The notes under the pieces were generated by a model. It worked only from the letters and a program-made list of their open reading frames with translations. It was not told the origin of the DNA and made no database searches. Shown piece after piece: positions 1-8,621 of a DNA stretch of 17,841 nt (position 1 is its first letter; every line of letters starts with the position of its first letter). Position numbers and translations under genes: made by a program. This DNA comes from Candidatus Thorarchaeota archaeon (GTDB taxonomy: Archaea; Asgardarchaeota; Thorarchaeia; Thorarchaeales; Thorarchaeaceae), in contig JAEORO010000129.1 of assembly GCA_016840855.1 (NCBI GenBank), positions 1 through 17,841 on the forward strand, written 5' to 3'.

Positions 1-2
1 AA

Positions 3-149
3 GAAGAGATTATTGATTATCTCACTGACAAAGTCAAGCCCTACGCTGTTCCGAGATCTGTGGAATTTCGCGATGAGCTACCGCTGACGCTTATTATGAA
101 GCTCCACAAGAAAGTGCTAAGGGATGAAGAACTCGCAAAACTGAACTAA
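3..149 (+). CDS. 3' end of an AMP-binding acyl-CoA synthetase / long-chain fatty acid-CoA ligase (partial, runs off the window start)
   Basis: Not in the ORF track. Manual translation of frame 3 gives EEIIDYLTDKVKPYAVPRSVEFRDELPLTLIMKLHKKVLRDEELAKLN*, which matches the C-terminal adenylate-forming pattern (YxVPxxVEFxDELPxT...K.xKxxLR). Confidence 0.88.
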   Translation, partial: EEIIDYLTDKVKPYAVPRSVEFRDELPLTLIMKLHKKVLRDEELAKLN

Positions 150-232
150 TCCTATTTTAGGCTAGTTATCTAAAAACCATCGTTGGAGAAACTATCCTCA
201 AAAGAGGAACAATGTGCTAAGAAGTAACAACT

Positions 233-1006
233 TCATAGATTTCTGAGATTTTCTCCGTTAAGATATGCTGCAACCCTGTTGGTAGACCCAAAAAGGAGAT
301 ACACTAAGGCGACACCTAATGGAATTAGATATAGAATAACGATGACAGCCACTCTATGAGAAACTGTTGCTACAGGTGGATAGACTAGTGTGAAGAGTGT
401 GATGAGAAAACCTGATGTCGCAAGAGCTATGAACTGTGGAATGAGTTCACCCCAAGGTGCAGCTACAAATGAGAGTAAAGCAATTACGACTAGCTTAGTC
501 CTCCAATTCTTCATTGTGTTGAGAGATTCTTTTACGTAGTCAACATCGTTCTTCCCCAACTTAGAGTCATCTTGATTCCTTATCCATGCTAAAAGACCAT
601 AGGATGCTTTTACATCGTCTGATGTCCTGATAAGAAAGACTGCAATAATGAGAACTATAATTGATGCTCCTAGGAAAGCGAACAATCTGTAAAATATCAC
701 AACAACTGTAGCTGTTGTTGGGAAGATTAGTGCCCCTATGATAAAGAATCCAATAACTGTCCTGTCATTGATGAAATTGCGGATTGAGATTCCTGCCTTG
801 GATTCTTTTCCTTGAATAATATACTCCGAAACCCATTGACGAGATATACAATGTACATACTCACGTTCAAGTGACCTTTCAGCCTTGCCATCATCAAACT
901 TTGATTTTATGTTCAGAAACAATGCCCTGAAACCTGTAATTCTCCAATGCCAAAGACATGCTAGTCCAATGCAAAGTAGACCGAGCCCTATCAATGATGC
1001 AAACAT
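233..1006 (-). CDS. Hypothetical multi-pass membrane protein
   Basis: 257-aa ORF with about 6 hydrophobic segments. SD GGAGGT at 1022-1027 on the minus strand; the start may be the in-frame CTG at 1012 rather than the ATG at 1006. Confidence 0.75.
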   Translation of the reverse strand: MFASLIGLGLLCIGLACLWHWRITGFRALFLNIKSKFDDGKAERSLEREYVHCISRQWVSEYIIQGKESKAGISIRNFINDRTVIGFFIIGALIFPTTATVVVIFYRLFAFLGASIIVLIIAVFLIRTSDDVKASYGLLAWIRNQDDSKLGKNDVDYVKESLNTMKNWRTKLVVIALLSFVAAPWGELIPQFIALATSGFLITLFTLVYPPVATVSHRVAVIVILYLIPLGVALVYLLFGSTNRVAAYLNGENLRNL

Positions 1007-1169
1007 AAACAGTGGAGTTCCACCTCCATCAGCGATTTTTCCAAAATTACAATATTAAACAAATCAAAATGAGTTTTTGGTTTCTTGACTTCATTAGATT
1101 GTGTCACATTGTTGTTTGCGAAGAGGGGTTTTCGAAATCTACATAGATAGCGGAGACTCTCTTTAAAGC

Positions 1170-1709
1170 ATGCTAAAATTCATCGTAGGGTACAATCTTG
1201 AGGAGTTCAAAAAGTACTACAGTACATTGAGGGACCTTCATGAATTCTACATAAATCGGACACTTCGAGATCCAAGAGAATTCAAGCTGGGTGATGATGA
1301 GAGGTTTCATGTTGAGAATGACAATAGGCATCTAATCATCTGGACAAATTCAACTGAGATTGTTGGCCACTGTATATGGCATGAAACAAACACCGATGAG
1401 ATGACTCCAGGGGATCCAAGGGATGATGATGACAAAGAAACTCTAAGAAATCTCTTTGGTGGGCAAAAGGAGAATCTAGTTGAACTGCACGAGCTTTGGT
1501 TGCAGACAAAACACAGGAGAAAGGGTTATGGTCACCAGTTCTTTGACTTCTTTGAGAGCTTCGCGGCGCGGAGTGGATTCGATGGTATCATTCACTATTC
1601 TGACCATCCAGCAGTCATAGCTATCTGCAGAAAACGTGGCTATAAAGAAGCGTTCCTTGAGAGTTCAAGGTGGTATGTCTTTGTCATTCAGGGTCCTATA
1701 ATCAAATAG
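1170..1709 (+). CDS. GNAT family N-acetyltransferase
   Basis: Acetyl-CoA-binding motif A in ELHELWLQTKHRRKGYG, preceded by IVGHC and followed by AIxxxxKRGY. Substrate unknown. Confidence 0.85.
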   Translation: MLKFIVGYNLEEFKKYYSTLRDLHEFYINRTLRDPREFKLGDDERFHVENDNRHLIIWTNSTEIVGHCIWHETNTDEMTPGDPRDDDDKETLRNLFGGQKENLVELHELWLQTKHRRKGYGHQFFDFFESFAARSGFDGIIHYSDHPAVIAICRKRGYKEAFLESSRWYVFVIQGPIIK

Positions 1710-1764
1710 ACTAATTACAAACTTCATACCATGGGTAGACCCAAGAGAAATAGGAGGTTCTGTT

Positions 1765-2637
1765 GTGGCCGAAGAAACAATAAGATTGAACCGGGACTTT
1801 CTTGGGAAAGAGTATCATTCCGGTCCTCAGCTCATAGAACCGGATAGCATTCGAAAATATGCACTCGCAACTAATGAGAAGAATCCTAGGTATTTGAGTA
1901 CGAAATCTGATGCGGATCTTGTACCACCACCTCTCTACCCTGTAGTGTTCTTACCAGGAATCCTTGATCAACTTGTTAATGATGCAGAACAGATGCAACT
2001 AGACATTTTGAGAGTGGTCCATGCTGAGCACCAGATGGTCTGGAAGGATAGGTTTAGAGTTGGAGACCAAGTCTATACCACTGCAAAAATTGTCAATATC
2101 GAAAAACGTGGGACAAACGAGATTCTAGACCTACAGATACAATGCAAGCGAGAAGATGTCATAGCAATGGAGATGAACTATAGACTATTGGTCAGGGGTA
2201 AGAAAAAGGAAGGAGAAGAAAAACCCTCTAAGGAGTCTTTTGCATCTGAAAAGGGTGTAGTCCTCGTGAATCAAAAATCGACGGTCACTGCAGATCAAGG
2301 TCTTAGATATGCAGAAGCATCTGGAGATCATAATCCGATTCACAAGAGTGATGAGATTGCGCAAAGTGTCGGACTTCCCAGAGCTATCCTTCATGGATTG
2401 TGTACGATGGCACTCGCTTCCCAGGCGATTGTTGATGGACTCCTCAAAGGAGACCCAACGCGCATGAAGAGTATGAGTGTTCGTTTCTCACAGCCAGTTT
2501 TATTGAACCAAACTCTTACCACTGAGGTATATGACAGAGGTGAGAGCAAAGAAGGATTGAAGGTTGTTCACTTCGAAACCAAAGATGAAAAAGGTGTTCC
2601 AGTCCTAGTCTTAGGAACCGCAGAGTTTATTGAATGA
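1765..2637 (+). CDS. Double hot-dog MaoC-family (R)-specific enoyl-CoA hydratase / hydroxyacyl dehydratase
   Basis: N-terminal MaoC_N-like domain (IRKYALATNEKNPRY, PPLYP, VVHAEH) and C-terminal hydratase-2 motif YAEASGDHNPIH...ILHGLC. GTG start with SD GGAGGT at 1753-1758. Confidence 0.9.
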   Translation: MAEETIRLNRDFLGKEYHSGPQLIEPDSIRKYALATNEKNPRYLSTKSDADLVPPPLYPVVFLPGILDQLVNDAEQMQLDILRVVHAEHQMVWKDRFRVGDQVYTTAKIVNIEKRGTNEILDLQIQCKREDVIAMEMNYRLLVRGKKKEGEEKPSKESFASEKGVVLVNQKSTVTADQGLRYAEASGDHNPIHKSDEIAQSVGLPRAILHGLCTMALASQAIVDGLLKGDPTRMKSMSVRFSQPVLLNQTLTTEVYDRGESKEGLKVVHFETKDEKGVPVLVLGTAEFIE

Positions 2638-2730
2638 GGACCAGTTGTTGTCCAGATAGACTGATTACATAGTTTATTTACTCGCACCAACGCAGAAAAA
2701 ACAGTCATCCCAGAGAGGTGATTTAGTTCT

Positions 2731-3756
2731 ATGACAGAGTCATTTAGAGTGATGCAGATTGGATTCGGGTCACTTGGTCGCCATATTTCCAGTACTATTT
2801 TGAAACGAGAAAACCTTGAACTGGTGTCAGTGGTTGATGCCAATCCAGACTTGGTTGGAAAATCAATCAAGGTGTTGCTTCAGAGTGAAGTTGCCAGTGA
2901 GATTTCGTTAACTGATGATCTAAAGGGGGCTCTGAAGAATGTCCCAGCGGATGTTGCTTTAGTTGCAACCTCCTCATCCATTAAAACTGTCTTTCCAACC
3001 ATAGAAGCATGTCTTGAGTCAGGTTTGGATGTGGTCTCAATTTGCGAAGAACTCTCATTTCCATATCAGAAGAGTCCAAGCATCGCAAAGAATCTAGATC
3101 AAATAGCTAAGAAGTATGGTAAGACGGTCGTCGGAACTGGTATCAATCCAGGATATCTGATGGACCTGCTTCCGATTGTTCTCACAGGCCCTTGTCAGAC
3201 TGTTAATACAATTCATGTGACCCGTCATATGAACTCAAGTCACAGGAGACCCTCCTTCCAGAAAAAGATTGGAACTGGAATGACAAAAGAGGAGTTCAGA
3301 AAGAACATCGATGAGGGAAGAATCACCGGACATGTTGGACTTGTCGAGTCAATCCAGATGATTGATGCCGCATTAAACCTAGGCTTGGATGAAATCGAGG
3401 AACTGCCACCAGAGGCAATCATTGCAAAGAAGCGAGTCACAAACTCCTTCACAACAATCGGAAAAGGAGATGTCCTCGGTCTCAAAAGTGTAGGTGTAGG
3501 CAGAAAGAATGGAATGCAAATCGTAACACTTGATTTTCAAGCATATGCAGAAGCATCACCACAATATGATGAAGTAATAATAGATGGCATCCCGAAAATG
3601 CATCAGAGAATAGAGGGGGGAGTTCAAGGAGACCAGGGTACAATTGGGATGCTACTCAACCTGATCCCTATTGTGATCAACGAGGAACCAGGTCTCAAGA
3701 CGATGAAAGACCTACCAGTTCCAAGAAACACCTCACGATTTTGGAAAGAGAACTAA
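2731..3756 (+). CDS. 2,4-diaminopentanoate dehydrogenase (Ord)-like NAD(P)H-dependent amine dehydrogenase (DapB-like Rossmann N-terminus)
   Basis: Rossmann motif IGFGSLG. Family motifs VVSICEELSFP, GTGINPG, FQKKIGTG, GHVGLVES, GGVQGD and PGLKTMKDLP. SD-like GAGGTGA upstream. Confidence 0.85.
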   Translation: MTESFRVMQIGFGSLGRHISSTILKRENLELVSVVDANPDLVGKSIKVLLQSEVASEISLTDDLKGALKNVPADVALVATSSSIKTVFPTIEACLESGLDVVSICEELSFPYQKSPSIAKNLDQIAKKYGKTVVGTGINPGYLMDLLPIVLTGPCQTVNTIHVTRHMNSSHRRPSFQKKIGTGMTKEEFRKNIDEGRITGHVGLVESIQMIDAALNLGLDEIEELPPEAIIAKKRVTNSFTTIGKGDVLGLKSVGVGRKNGMQIVTLDFQAYAEASPQYDEVIIDGIPKMHQRIEGGVQGDQGTIGMLLNLIPIVINEEPGLKTMKDLPVPRNTSRFWKEN

Positions 3757-3772
3757 AGCGGAGGAAGATAAA

Positions 3773-5077
3773 ATGCTCGAGAAATACAATGCAAGGACTC
3801 CTAAGTCTGAAACGCTTTGGAAGAAGGCGGTGACGCTATTTCCAGGCGGAGTGAGTCACAACATCCGGGATTTTGGTATGCCTGGATGTAATTCATACCC
3901 ACCTTACATCAGTCATGGTCAGGGAGCACACATATGGGATGTTGATGGAAATGAGTACATCGATTGGTGGATGACGCACTACTCACTTCTTCTTGGACAT
4001 AACGACCCCAGAGTGAAGGAAGCAATAATAGATCAAATTGAAGCAGGGCATCATTTTGGGACTCCAACAGAGTCCGAGGTCAAGTATGGCGAGAAACTCA
4101 AAGAAGCAGTACCTGTACTTGAGAAGATGCGATTCACATCTACTGGTGGCGAGTCCACCATGTATGCAGTACGGCTAGCCAGGTCGTTCGCGAAAAGAAA
4201 ACTAGTGGGCAAGTCCTTGGGCGGATGGCACGGAGGGAATGATGCACTCACCTATCACATGAGTCATCCATATTCTGATGATCCTTTCTATAATGGTGTG
4301 TCATTTGACTACAACAACAGAGAGAGTTTTGATCAGATGCTGAAAAAGCATGGAAAGAACCTAGCGGCTGTAATCATTGAACCTGTGATTGGTGCAGGTG
4401 GTGGTATACCACCAGAGAAAGACATGCTCGTGTATATGCGTGAAGAAACTGAGTCTCGCGACATTCTTCTGATCTTTGACGAGATCATCACTGGATTTAG
4501 ACTAAGGTATGGTACAGCTGGTGATGGTCTCTTCGGAGCTAAACCAGACTTACTTACACTTGGTAAAGCAGCAGCAGGTGGAATGCCTCTTGGAGTTTAT
4601 GGCGGTCGTGAAGATGTCATGGCATTAGCTATCCCGGGTGCTCAAGGCGGTCGATGGGTTGGTGGTGGAACATTCTCAAGTCATCCTCTATCTATGGTTG
4701 CGGGTTTAGCGGTTCTTAAGCGTCTACGAGAGTTGAAAGACAAGTATCAATGGTTGAACAGGATGGGCGACTCCTTTAGACAGCGGCTGAATGAGATGCT
4801 ACAGGAAATGAGAGCGCCACTCATTGGAACTGGCTATGGTTCGATCAATTTCATCAGCCATCTAACCTCAGTATTGAGTGAGCCTCCGAAGACACCAGGA
4901 CAGCTTGGAGCTCTATTTGATCACAAGAAACAGGACTTATTCCAAGGCCAACTTATGCAGGAGGGCATATTTGGCTACCATGGACTTGGAGCGCTTTCAT
5001 TTGTACATACAGAGGAAGATATCGAGAAGACTCTTGAAGGAATCTCCAACGCTGTCAAAAATATGAGTCAAATATAG
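3773..5077 (+). CDS. Class III PLP-dependent aminotransferase, glutamate-1-semialdehyde aminomutase-like (probably not true HemL)
   Basis: Motifs PGGV, IWDVDGNEYID, LLLGH, IIEPV, LIFDEIITGFR, PLP lysine in TLGK and GGGTFSSHP. Lies 16 bp downstream of the Ord-like gene. Confidence 0.88.
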   Translation: MLEKYNARTPKSETLWKKAVTLFPGGVSHNIRDFGMPGCNSYPPYISHGQGAHIWDVDGNEYIDWWMTHYSLLLGHNDPRVKEAIIDQIEAGHHFGTPTESEVKYGEKLKEAVPVLEKMRFTSTGGESTMYAVRLARSFAKRKLVGKSLGGWHGGNDALTYHMSHPYSDDPFYNGVSFDYNNRESFDQMLKKHGKNLAAVIIEPVIGAGGGIPPEKDMLVYMREETESRDILLIFDEIITGFRLRYGTAGDGLFGAKPDLLTLGKAAAGGMPLGVYGGREDVMALAIPGAQGGRWVGGGTFSSHPLSMVAGLAVLKRLRELKDKYQWLNRMGDSFRQRLNEMLQEMRAPLIGTGYGSINFISHLTSVLSEPPKTPGQLGALFDHKKQDLFQGQLMQEGIFGYHGLGALSFVHTEEDIEKTLEGISNAVKNMSQI

Positions 5078-5139
5078 GATTGATCATATTTTCAATATGA
5101 AAGTCTAAATATTGTAGCCTCTGCAGATTCAAATCTAGT

Positions 5140-6096
5140 TCAATGATAGAGAGCGAGAAGGGGTTTCCCTGAATATTTGTATGAAATATCTCCTAAGATC
5201 CATGGTCCATTCCATTGCTGCAATAACCATGGATACTGAAATGTATCCTCGTATTTCGATGGATTCCATTGATACTCAATAGTTGTTTCTTTTCCATCTC
5301 TTGTAAGTGAATAAGTGGCATAGATGACTGAGTGGTCTAAATGCCAGAGATATGCGAAACATGTGATATTTTCCCACTCAACGGTGTCAACAATCACATT
5401 GGACATGAAACGACCCTGTTTTCTGCCTTGAATCCAGTAGTAACCATTCGACCCCGCAGCAAATAGAATGCCATTCGCTTCATCACTACCAGCTCGAAGA
5501 GATTCTTCAAGGAGGAAATGATCATCTCCAAGGAGCTTCACTGCCTCGTGAACAAGTTCATCGTGGATTGGTTGGTCTCTCAAAATTGTGTTCAAGTCAA
5601 GAACTGCATTGTGTGTCAGGCTCTCAGGCATCCGTTTCAGGTAGGAGTAATCAAGCGATGATGACCATCCTCTCGCAAAGTCATCAGAGCTCCGAATCTC
5701 GTTTATCAAATCAGAACAGCAGCTCATTGTAGATTTGAAGTGTCTATTGGTATCCATCTTGTTAGACCCACGGTCTCCTCTAGGTGCAATGACCTCAAAA
5801 GTCCTAGATTCTCGAGTTTGGCGACCATACTGATCTAAAACAATGGCTGAACCATCGAATCTGTCTGTGGTTTTCGGTTCAAATCGGAGGATGCAATCAT
5901 AGGGAATCACTCTTTCGATTCGATATTCAGACTTACACCACTCACGGAGGAAGACGATTCGCCGATTGGATAAGACAAAGAAGCCATTCCGAGTTTCACA
6001 AGCGATGATAACCCTTTCATTTGGTAAAAGATATTGGTGAGCAGTCTCGAATTTCTTGATTGCTGAGTGTTGGAGACCTTCAATACTATTGGTCAC
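5140..6096 (-). CDS. Hypothetical protein with probable tandem bacterial/archaeal PH-like domains
   Basis: N-terminal LLPNERVI..C.....FVLSNRRIVF.......IPYDCI resembles bPH domains. A second similar pattern follows: LLGDDHFL...GILFAAGSNGYYWI...G.F......VEWENITCF. GTG start with SD GGAGGT 6 nt upstream. The domain call is by eye. Confidence 0.65.
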   Translation of the reverse strand: MTNSIEGLQHSAIKKFETAHQYLLPNERVIIACETRNGFFVLSNRRIVFLREWCKSEYRIERVIPYDCILRFEPKTTDRFDGSAIVLDQYGRQTRESRTFEVIAPRGDRGSNKMDTNRHFKSTMSCCSDLINEIRSSDDFARGWSSSLDYSYLKRMPESLTHNAVLDLNTILRDQPIHDELVHEAVKLLGDDHFLLEESLRAGSDEANGILFAAGSNGYYWIQGRKQGRFMSNVIVDTVEWENITCFAYLWHLDHSVIYATYSLTRDGKETTIEYQWNPSKYEDTFQYPWLLQQWNGPWILGDISYKYSGKPLLALYH

Positions 6097-6546
6097 TCAC
6101 AGACCTCCTGTAGCACGTTTCAATACAGTCATGGGGTTCTTTTTGGATTTGAACCACGCTTCAGGATTCTCGTCTTGGAGTTTCTCTTTGAAGGGACCAT
6201 CGTGTATCTTAATATGACCGGATTTCTCTACCTCAATGAACTCCATCCAAGGATTCTCTTGGAGCGCTTTCACAAGTTTCTCTACACCTCTGGGAGGGTT
6301 CTTGACTGCATTATCAATCACCGCTCGACATTCTTCGCACATATAGAAAAAGCCAGGAAGTTTCACTAAGACCTGAGTATGCCTTTTGTCACCACGGGTG
6401 GTCTTCTTATTAACATGAAATAATCCTAGGATTGCATGACGCGGATGAGCACTCAGAGGTACATCTGTTCCGCATGACAAACAAGCTTTTGGCCATCTAA
6501 GAGCAATCACATCTTCGCGATTCTTTTTGTCTGCGAACTTGTACAT
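6097..6546 (-). CDS. Hypothetical Zn-binding protein (two CxxC pairs)
   Basis: Motifs WPKACLSCG and FYMCEEC. The ATG at 6546 (MYKFADK) is more plausible than the 6579 start in the track. Its TGA directly abuts the next GTG. Confidence 0.7.
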   Translation of the reverse strand: MYKFADKKNREDVIALRWPKACLSCGTDVPLSAHPRHAILGLFHVNKKTTRGDKRHTQVLVKLPGFFYMCEECRAVIDNAVKNPPRGVEKLVKALQENPWMEFIEVEKSGHIKIHDGPFKEKLQDENPEAWFKSKKNPMTVLKRATGGL

Positions 6547-6659
6547 TTGAAACCGCCAATTTTGGGATATACAAAGCACGAAATATTCGATATGGTCTAT
6601 CTATTGCGTAGAGATTCTGATTTATTTGTCTAATTTAATGAATTGGACTGGGAGTCGCG

Positions 6660-7688
6660 ATGGATAGTAAGCAGAAATCAGTGATTGTACTTGTAATTGT
6701 CATTCTACTATTTTCGGGCATCGCAATTGCAATTACCTCATTTCTGAACAACCAAAACATGGAGAACAATGTCATCCTGACAAAGATCGGACAAATTGAT
6801 ACAGGAGGAGGAACTGCAGACGTGAAGGTGGTCGGGGATATCGCATATGTTATTGACAAGAATGAACCCACACCGGGTGGACTAGTTCTTGTCAATGTGA
6901 GTGATCCCACGAATCCAAGTGAGCTTTCCTCCATTCACGATGGCGGACTACCCAACAAGGTAGATGTTGCAGATAACTTTGCTTTCGTTGCAGATATATT
7001 TGAAGGACTGGAGATAATCAACGTAAGTGATCCAACAAGCCCGAGTGAAGTTGGTGAGTATACCGGAAGTGGTGAGATTTACGATGTACAGGTAGTTGAA
7101 AATATCGCTTTCATTGCTGATTGGAACAACGGTTTAGTGATTCTCAATGTTTCAGACCCTACTACCCCAGCATATCTCTCGAGTTACCCCATTCTAGGAG
7201 CCTGTCATCAATTACATGTTGTTGATAATCTTGCCTTTATTTTAGATCATAGGAATTATAATACTGGCGTGAAAGTGTTGAATGTCAGTAACCCATTGAG
7301 TCCATTCTTAGTTGGGAGCTACATGCCAGATGATGAACTCTGGAATCCGTTTATCCATGGCGACTACATGTATGCATGTAACCATGAAGCAGACGGTGGT
7401 GAATTACTAATTCTGGATGTGAGTAGTCCGTCTGACATAAATCATACAAGCATATTTGATCCAGGTGGTACAATCTTTGCAGTACATGTGGAGGGGACCA
7501 CCGTCTATGCAGCGGACTATCAACTTGGACTTTTGGTGGTTGATGTCGGCGACGTAGAGAATCCTACAATGATTGGAAGGTTCTATGATGGAGGTGGATC
7601 AATCAACCTAGATGTCGTCGGAGATCTTGTCTATGTCGCTGACAGAAATGGTGGTTTGGAGATAATTCAGGTTTCAATGGTGACATGA
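6660..7688 (+). CDS. Membrane-anchored or secreted LVIVD-repeat beta-propeller protein
   Basis: Basic then hydrophobic N-terminus, followed by seven repeats of about 42-47 aa with cores LVLVNVSDP, LEIINVSDP, LVILNVSDP, VKVLNVSNP, LLILDVSSP, LLVVDVGDV and LEIIQVS. Confidence 0.9.
   Translation: MDSKQKSVIVLVIVILLFSGIAIAITSFLNNQNMENNVILTKIGQIDTGGGTADVKVVGDIAYVIDKNEPTPGGLVLVNVSDPTNPSELSSIHDGGLPNKVDVADNFAFVADIFEGLEIINVSDPTSPSEVGEYTGSGEIYDVQVVENIAFIADWNNGLVILNVSDPTTPAYLSSYPILGACHQLHVVDNLAFILDHRNYNTGVKVLNVSNPLSPFLVGSYMPDDELWNPFIHGDYMYACNHEADGGELLILDVSSPSDINHTSIFDPGGTIFAVHVEGTTVYAADYQLGLLVVDVGDVENPTMIGRFYDGGGSINLDVVGDLVYVADRNGGLEIIQVSMVT
6810..7680 (+). repeat. Seven intragenic LVIVD-type repeats (approximate bounds)
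   Basis: Recurrent V.V.G..AYVAD...GL.I.NVSDP..P pattern in the translation; the DNA-level repeats are diverged. Confidence 0.8.
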
Positions 7689-7727
7689 AGCATCCTAAAT
7701 TCAAGAGAGTCAATCATCAAGTCTTTT

Positions 7728-8561
7728 ATGAGTCTAGGTCATCAAAACTTGGGACTCGTCATGCGGTCATATAGGTCTCTACCAACACTAAAAGTAACAA
7801 CCAGTGAAACCTTTAGCGAGAATGATTTCATCGCTGTTGAAACAGCTCTGGAAGTTAGACTGAATAAAGAGTTCATTGCCGCCTTTGTCTGCAGTCCGGG
7901 CATGGAAAAGGAGCTCGCAATCGGATACCTGCTCTCCACAGGAATAGTCAGCTCGTTCGAAGACATCGCTGATGTAAGATACTCTAGCCATCGGTGTTTC
8001 ATCAAGACCAGAGATGGGGCGTCAGTAAATACACAGAGAGGTTTCTCACAGATTCGACGATTCATTGGAACTGAATGCAGTGCTCCTGAGGTGTTGAGAG
8101 AACTCAGAACAGCAGAAGGAGTTCCAGTGATTAATAAAACCATGAAGATTGAACTGGAATCGCTTTTTGGAATAGCAGGAAAGCTGCGTGACTTGCAGAT
8201 TAGTAGAAAAAAAACTGGAGCTTTCCATGGAGCACTGATTTACAATCATGCTGCTGATGAGTATGTCTTTGCGGAAGATTTGGGACGGCACAATGCTGTG
8301 GATAAGACAATTGGACAGGCTGCACACCAGGGCTTTGATCTTACCGAGTGTATGGTCTTTACTTCTGGACGCCTTACTGCAGATATTGTGAGTAAATGCG
8401 CGTGGACCTCTATTCCATTATTAGTATCGTTTGCAGTATCCACTGACGCAGGCGTGAAGTTTGCAGAACGAGCGAACCTTACTCTCGCGGGTGCGTTCAA
8501 GGGTCGGAGTTTGAGAGTGTATAATCAAGGAGCGTGTAGAATAGTAAGTTCTGTTGATTGA
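7728..8561 (+). CDS. fdhD: Formate dehydrogenase accessory sulfurtransferase FdhD
   Basis: Motifs SPGMEKELAIGYL, TGAFHGA, EDLGRHNAVDK and TSGRLTADIVSK. The true start may be the ATG at 7761. Confidence 0.92.
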   Translation: MSLGHQNLGLVMRSYRSLPTLKVTTSETFSENDFIAVETALEVRLNKEFIAAFVCSPGMEKELAIGYLLSTGIVSSFEDIADVRYSSHRCFIKTRDGASVNTQRGFSQIRRFIGTECSAPEVLRELRTAEGVPVINKTMKIELESLFGIAGKLRDLQISRKKTGAFHGALIYNHAADEYVFAEDLGRHNAVDKTIGQAAHQGFDLTECMVFTSGRLTADIVSKCAWTSIPLLVSFAVSTDAGVKFAERANLTLAGAFKGRSLRVYNQGACRIVSSVD

Positions 8562-8621
8562 TTGGAAAAGAACACATAGGTGTTTCATCCTCATTACCGC
8601 GTCTCACAAATTAGATCATAT

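Noticed and set aside
150-210. Small hairpins CCTATTTTAGG and CCTCAAAAGAGG between convergent genes
   Set aside because: The 4-bp stems are too weak to call as terminators.
2635-2733. MaoC and Ord-like ORFs are in the same frame, separated only by three TGA codons (possible Sec or read-through)
   Set aside because: Both proteins are complete on their own. The last TGA is part of the SD GAGGTGA, and there is no redox-motif context or evident SECIS.
3773-5077. Assigning the symbol hemL
   Set aside because: Substrate-binding motifs diverge from the HemL consensus and no tetrapyrrole genes are adjacent.
7686-7730. LVIVD gene and fdhD are in frame across a single TGA
   Set aside because: Fusing an exported propeller to a cytoplasmic sulfurtransferase is topologically implausible, and frame coincidence has a 1-in-3 chance.
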